Below, in pieces: positions 17,026 through 20,000 of a stretch of 20,000 nucleotides of DNA. How positions within the stretch are numbered: position 1 is the stretch's first letter; the number at the start of each line of letters is the position of its first letter. The notes beneath the pieces are model-generated. The model searched no databases, had not been told where the DNA came from, and saw only the letters and a list, made by a program, of their open reading frames with translations. Origin of the DNA: an uncultured virus (IMG/VR IMGVR_UViG_3300042510_001812) (lineage: Duplodnaviria > Heunggongvirae > Uroviricota > Caudoviricetes); the IMG/VR virus record IMGVR_UViG_3300042510_001812; one strand, written 5' to 3'. Made by a program: the position numbers and the translations under genes.

Positions 17026-17031
17026 ATTATA
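17026..17031 (-). promoter_or_regulatory. Consensus -10 (TATAAT) of a candidate leaderless promoter for the PhyH gene
   Basis: Minus strand reads tgatTATAATctgacatGTG in the 14-nt gap: 7-nt spacer, no SD. Confidence 0.55.
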
Positions 17032-17032
17032 A

Positions 17033-17659
17033 TCACTTAAATCTTGGAGGAAAGTACGGCGGAAAGTATGGCGGGAAGTACGGGGGGGCAACTGGGGTTA
17101 CTGCGGTTGAATATGCCGAAAAGTCACTGACGCCATATACGCTTTCCGCCCTGACTCTAAATTGGTATGCAACTCCATTTGTAAGACCAGTAAAACTTAT
17201 GCTGCTAGCGTTTACTACAGTTTTCTCACTAGTGAATGGAGACGATTGAACCCTAAAAGTAACAGCGGTAGCTGCGGCCGTTCCGTTGCTGCCCTTTGTC
17301 CAGTTTACGGTGGCTGCGGCGTTGCCCGCAGCTGAAACACCAATTGTTGGGGTTGCAGGTTTGATTCCAGGTGTTATGGATGTTGATGATGACGACGCAT
17401 TTGACTCGACGCCATTTGATGAGATGGATGTGACAGTAAAAGTAACAGCAGTTCCAGCAGTTGTGGTTATTGCAATTGGTGAACTTCCCCCAGTTGCGGT
17501 TTCACCAGTGCTAGCGTTTATGCGATAACTAATCGTACCTTTTCCAGTATATGTTGGGCCAGTAAATGGAACCGAGGAGATACCAGTTCCGCTGTCAAAT
17601 GATGGCGTACCAATCGTTGGTACTCCTGGAATTTTACCGCCTGAATCTTTTGTTGCCAT
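17033..17659 (-). CDS. Putative fibre-tip protein: two Fn3 domains plus a C-terminal (PPYF)3-PPRFK tail (208 aa)
   Basis: PGVPTIG...SSPI....TFTVT....NG..S..SS.S.SITP and P.TPTIG...AGN..ATVNW...TGLTNGVAYQFRVRA...YG.S..S..S.AVTP. Separated from the fibre stop by 3 nt. Confidence 0.8.
   Translation of the reverse strand: MATKDSGGKIPGVPTIGTPSFDSGTGISSVPFTGPTYTGKGTISYRINASTGETATGGSSPIAITTTAGTAVTFTVTSISSNGVESNASSSSTSITPGIKPATPTIGVSAAGNAAATVNWTKGSNGTAAATAVTFRVQSSPFTSEKTVVNASSISFTGLTNGVAYQFRVRAESVYGVSDFSAYSTAVTPVAPPYFPPYFPPYFPPRFK
17036..17086 (-). repeat. 12-nt coding tandem repeat encoding PPYF x3 + PPRFK
   Basis: Minus strand: ccc ccg tac ttc / ccg cca tac ttt / ccg ccg tac ttt / cct cca aga ttt aag. 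Confidence 0.92.
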
Positions 17660-17662
17660 AAG

Positions 17663-19999
17663 TTATGCCGAAACGTCTCCCACCAATACCCATGTATCGG
17701 TTGCTCTCTTGATGAGCGTAGCATATGACCACTGTGCTCGTAGTTTAAGCCCTGGTGATGCATTGATTGTTACTCCAGCCCCAGCAGTAACCGTTGTTCG
17801 ACCAACTCCTGTTTGCAGGATGTTTATCTGCGAACCAACCGGGAAAGCTACTGATGAGTTTGGCGGCACTGTCAGTGTATGGGCACCGCTGTCACCCATT
17901 TCAACAATCTTATTCTTGTCAGCCAACACAAGCGTGTAATAGCTCGGTTGAGCATTCGTTGATACGTCGGCGAGCTTTCCTAGGTCAATTTCGGCAGAAG
18001 CGCTTATATCAGCATTTACGATGACGCCAGAAGCGATAGATGTTACACCCGTATCGGAAATTGTCACATCGCCAGTCTCCGCGACAGATGTAGGAACTCC
18101 AGAAGAGTTGTAAACGATGATGTTTCCAGCAGTGCTTGTCGCAAGCTTGCTTAAGGCAATCGCTGCAGAAGAATCGATATCAGCATTAACGATGGTTCCA
18201 TCAGCAATCATTGTGCTTGTTATGGTTCCAGACGGGGCACTAAATGTTCCAGTGAAGGATGCATTATTTACTGGAGCGTAGAAAGAACCGCTCTGCCCAT
18301 CTAGAAGGTCGGCATTGAGGTTTGTTACTACTGTGCTTGAAGAAACACTTAATGGGGCTGTTCCTGTTGCCACCGTACTCTCAAACACTTCTGCAACAAC
18401 TGGTGCTGCTGAATAACTGGCATGAGCAGTATTGATTGGGTCAGCTGGTTCTATCTCGTAGGAATCAAAGAACTTAAACTTTCCGTCAGTTGCATCTCTG
18501 AAAAGACCAGCATGACGATACGTTCCGTCATTGTAATTACCCACCCAACCAAGGTCTGGGTTTGTGATTGTTGAGCCATCGTTAAGATAAATAAACGTGT
18601 CTTCAATTGCAAGGTTTGTTTCATTGATGGTTGTGAGAGTTCCGTGAACACTAAGGTCTCCACCAACAATCAAGTTGCCAGTCGTTTCAACTTGAGAAAA
18701 AGTTACAGAAGCGCTTGTTGCTACTGATTGTCCAATCGCTATTGTTGGCGTTGAGGTCTCCCCAGTCCCACCAGTAACCGTCACTCCGGTTCCGGCGGTT
18801 ATTACGCTCACATAGTCGCCACTCGTATCAGCACCAAGTGCAACAGAGTTCGAAGCAATGGTTGCGGTTAGTGTTGCATTTCCGAGATTAGTAAATGTTG
18901 CAGAGCCGCTAAGGTCGCCGCCAAGGGTTATTACTGGAGACGCAGTTGCACTTGCTTTGTTGTCCAACTGTGTTTGGATTGAAGATGTTACTCCGTCAAC
19001 ATAATTTAATTCTGTTGCAGTAGCAGTTACTCCAGTAAGGTCTGTAGGAGCAATAGAAATGTCTGCTGAACCATTAAATGGTTGACCAGCAATGTTGCGG
19101 GCGGTTTGAAGAGTTGTTGCAGTCGAGGCATTGCCAATCAGCGGCGCTGTAACGGCAGCAAATTGCACTGACGACGATGTCCCTACAGCCTGACCAATAG
19201 CGATTGTTGGGGTAGCTGTTTCTCCGGAGTTATTGGTAAGGGTTACGCCTGTTCCAGCAACGAGCGACGCAACATAGTCACCAGTGGTTTTTGTGCCCAG
19301 GGCAACCGTGTTGTCCGGGAGCGTTACTACTCCAGTAAAAGTTGGAGAAGCTGAGTTCGCTTTTGCTGCAAGTAAAGCCGAATCATTTACCCACTGTGTA
19401 CCAGACCACTTGAGAATATCTCCAGATGCTGCTGATGTAATTGCTACGTCACCAATAACACCAAGTGAAGTAATAGCAGCCCCATCAACAGCTGTTTTTA
19501 CAAATGCCGTAGTAGCAATTTGCGTGGTGTTGGTTCCGGACGTAGCCGTTGGGGCCGTCGGTGTGCCGGTCAAATCCGGAGAACTCAATGGTGCTTTTGC
19601 ATTTAATTGTGTTTGTATTGCAGAAGTTGTTCCGTTTAGATATCCAATTTCTGTATCAGAAACATCAGCAACTCGTGCCTGAATTACTGTTGTATCAACT
19701 GACAGCACGTTTGATACAAGATTAATTCCACTTCCATTGGTTAGTGTCTGTGCTGCATTAAACGGTGTGTATGTGATGTTGTCAGTCCCAATAGCAATTG
19801 GATTCGTAGCGCTATTGTTTACAAATCCAAAACCAGCATTTGTTGACCCACCAGTTACGAAGCAGAAGTCGCCAGTCTTCATTTCTCCTGCAGGGTTATT
19901 GTCAGCGTCTGTTGCTCTTGTGACTACCCAAGGAGCGCTAACACTGCCGACATCCGTAACTGTGTAGATACCGTTTTCTTTAGAATCAGTCTGGGCCTT
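17663..19999 (-). CDS. Long phage tail fibre protein, 5' part outside the window
   Basis: The frame stays open upstream of the track start (KAQTDSKENGIYTV...WVVTRATDAD...G.FCFV.GG..N, a common fibre motif). Also APLSSP.LTGTPTAPTA..GTNTTQIATTAFV, GNASTATTLQTAR.I.G..FNGSADI, NLNADLLDG and C-terminal YTLVLAD...AFPVG...LRAQWS.ATLIKRATDTWVLVGD. Confidence 0.85.
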   Translation of the reverse strand, partial: KAQTDSKENGIYTVTDVGSVSAPWVVTRATDADNNPAGEMKTGDFCFVTGGSTNAGFGFVNNSATNPIAIGTDNITYTPFNAAQTLTNGSGINLVSNVLSVDTTVIQARVADVSDTEIGYLNGTTSAIQTQLNAKAPLSSPDLTGTPTAPTATSGTNTTQIATTAFVKTAVDGAAITSLGVIGDVAITSAASGDILKWSGTQWVNDSALLAAKANSASPTFTGVVTLPDNTVALGTKTTGDYVASLVAGTGVTLTNNSGETATPTIAIGQAVGTSSSVQFAAVTAPLIGNASTATTLQTARNIAGQPFNGSADISIAPTDLTGVTATATELNYVDGVTSSIQTQLDNKASATASPVITLGGDLSGSATFTNLGNATLTATIASNSVALGADTSGDYVSVITAGTGVTVTGGTGETSTPTIAIGQSVATSASVTFSQVETTGNLIVGGDLSVHGTLTTINETNLAIEDTFIYLNDGSTITNPDLGWVGNYNDGTYRHAGLFRDATDGKFKFFDSYEIEPADPINTAHASYSAAPVVAEVFESTVATGTAPLSVSSSTVVTNLNADLLDGQSGSFYAPVNNASFTGTFSAPSGTITSTMIADGTIVNADIDSSAAIALSKLATSTAGNIIVYNSSGVPTSVAETGDVTISDTGVTSIASGVIVNADISASAEIDLGKLADVSTNAQPSYYTLVLADKNKIVEMGDSGAHTLTVPPNSSVAFPVGSQINILQTGVGRTTVTAGAGVTINASPGLKLRAQWSYATLIKRATDTWVLVGDVSA
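18005..18202 (-). repeat. 66-codon fibre module, copy 2 (inverted homologue of 716-913)
   Basis: DGTIVNADIDSSAAIALSKLATSTAGNIIVYNSSGVPTSVAETGDVTISDTGVTSIASGVIVNADI. Confidence 0.92.
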
Positions 20000-20000
20000 G

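Noticed and set aside
17004..17249. + strand ORF with GGKYGGKYGGKYGG repeat as a separate precursor peptide
   Set aside because: It is the antisense reading of the PPYF repeat inside the Fn3 gene and runs against the direction of the block.
716..18202. Active invertible tail-fibre switch (Gin/Cin- or shufflon-like) using the inverted homologous modules
   Set aside because: Only about 74% nt identity with exact runs under about 10 nt, no recognisable crossover sites and no recombinase in the window. Kept only as a possible historical event.
17663..19882. ATG at 19882 as the start of the long fibre gene
   Set aside because: The frame continues without a stop to the window edge through a conserved ENGIY...TRATDAD fibre motif, so the true start is outside the window.

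Overview
The window is almost fully coding and looks like part of a large tailed-phage genome, probably with an actinobacterial host. That origin is an inference from tail-fibre motifs and leaderless-type promoters; no capsid or terminase gene is in view. It holds two convergent gene blocks whose final genes overlap at 6395-6406. Both blocks follow the same plan: (1) a Gly/Ala/Ser/Thr-rich tail-fibre-like gene, (2) a coupled Fn3/Ig-like repeat protein ending in an unusual short tail, and (3) a translationally coupled run of tailoring enzymes. Left block (+): the tail has 6 Cys. It is followed by two small proteins, a Skp1-hydroxyproline GlcNAc-transferase-like GT, a P4H-like oxygenase, a radical SAM/SPASM-Twitch enzyme and a TauD-like oxygenase. 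Right block (-): the tail is PPYFPPYFPPYFPPRFK. It is followed by nine 2OG-Fe(II) oxygenases, DUF6065, an AurF-like diiron enzyme, one or two methyltransferases and three small ORFs. The two fibres share a 66-aa module that is 61/66 identical in protein but heavily recoded in DNA. Best hypothesis (inference, untested): these are paired substrate-plus-tailoring-enzyme cassettes that post-translationally decorate virion fibre-tip proteins in a RiPP-like way. No RNA genes, CRISPR array or mobile element were recognised.
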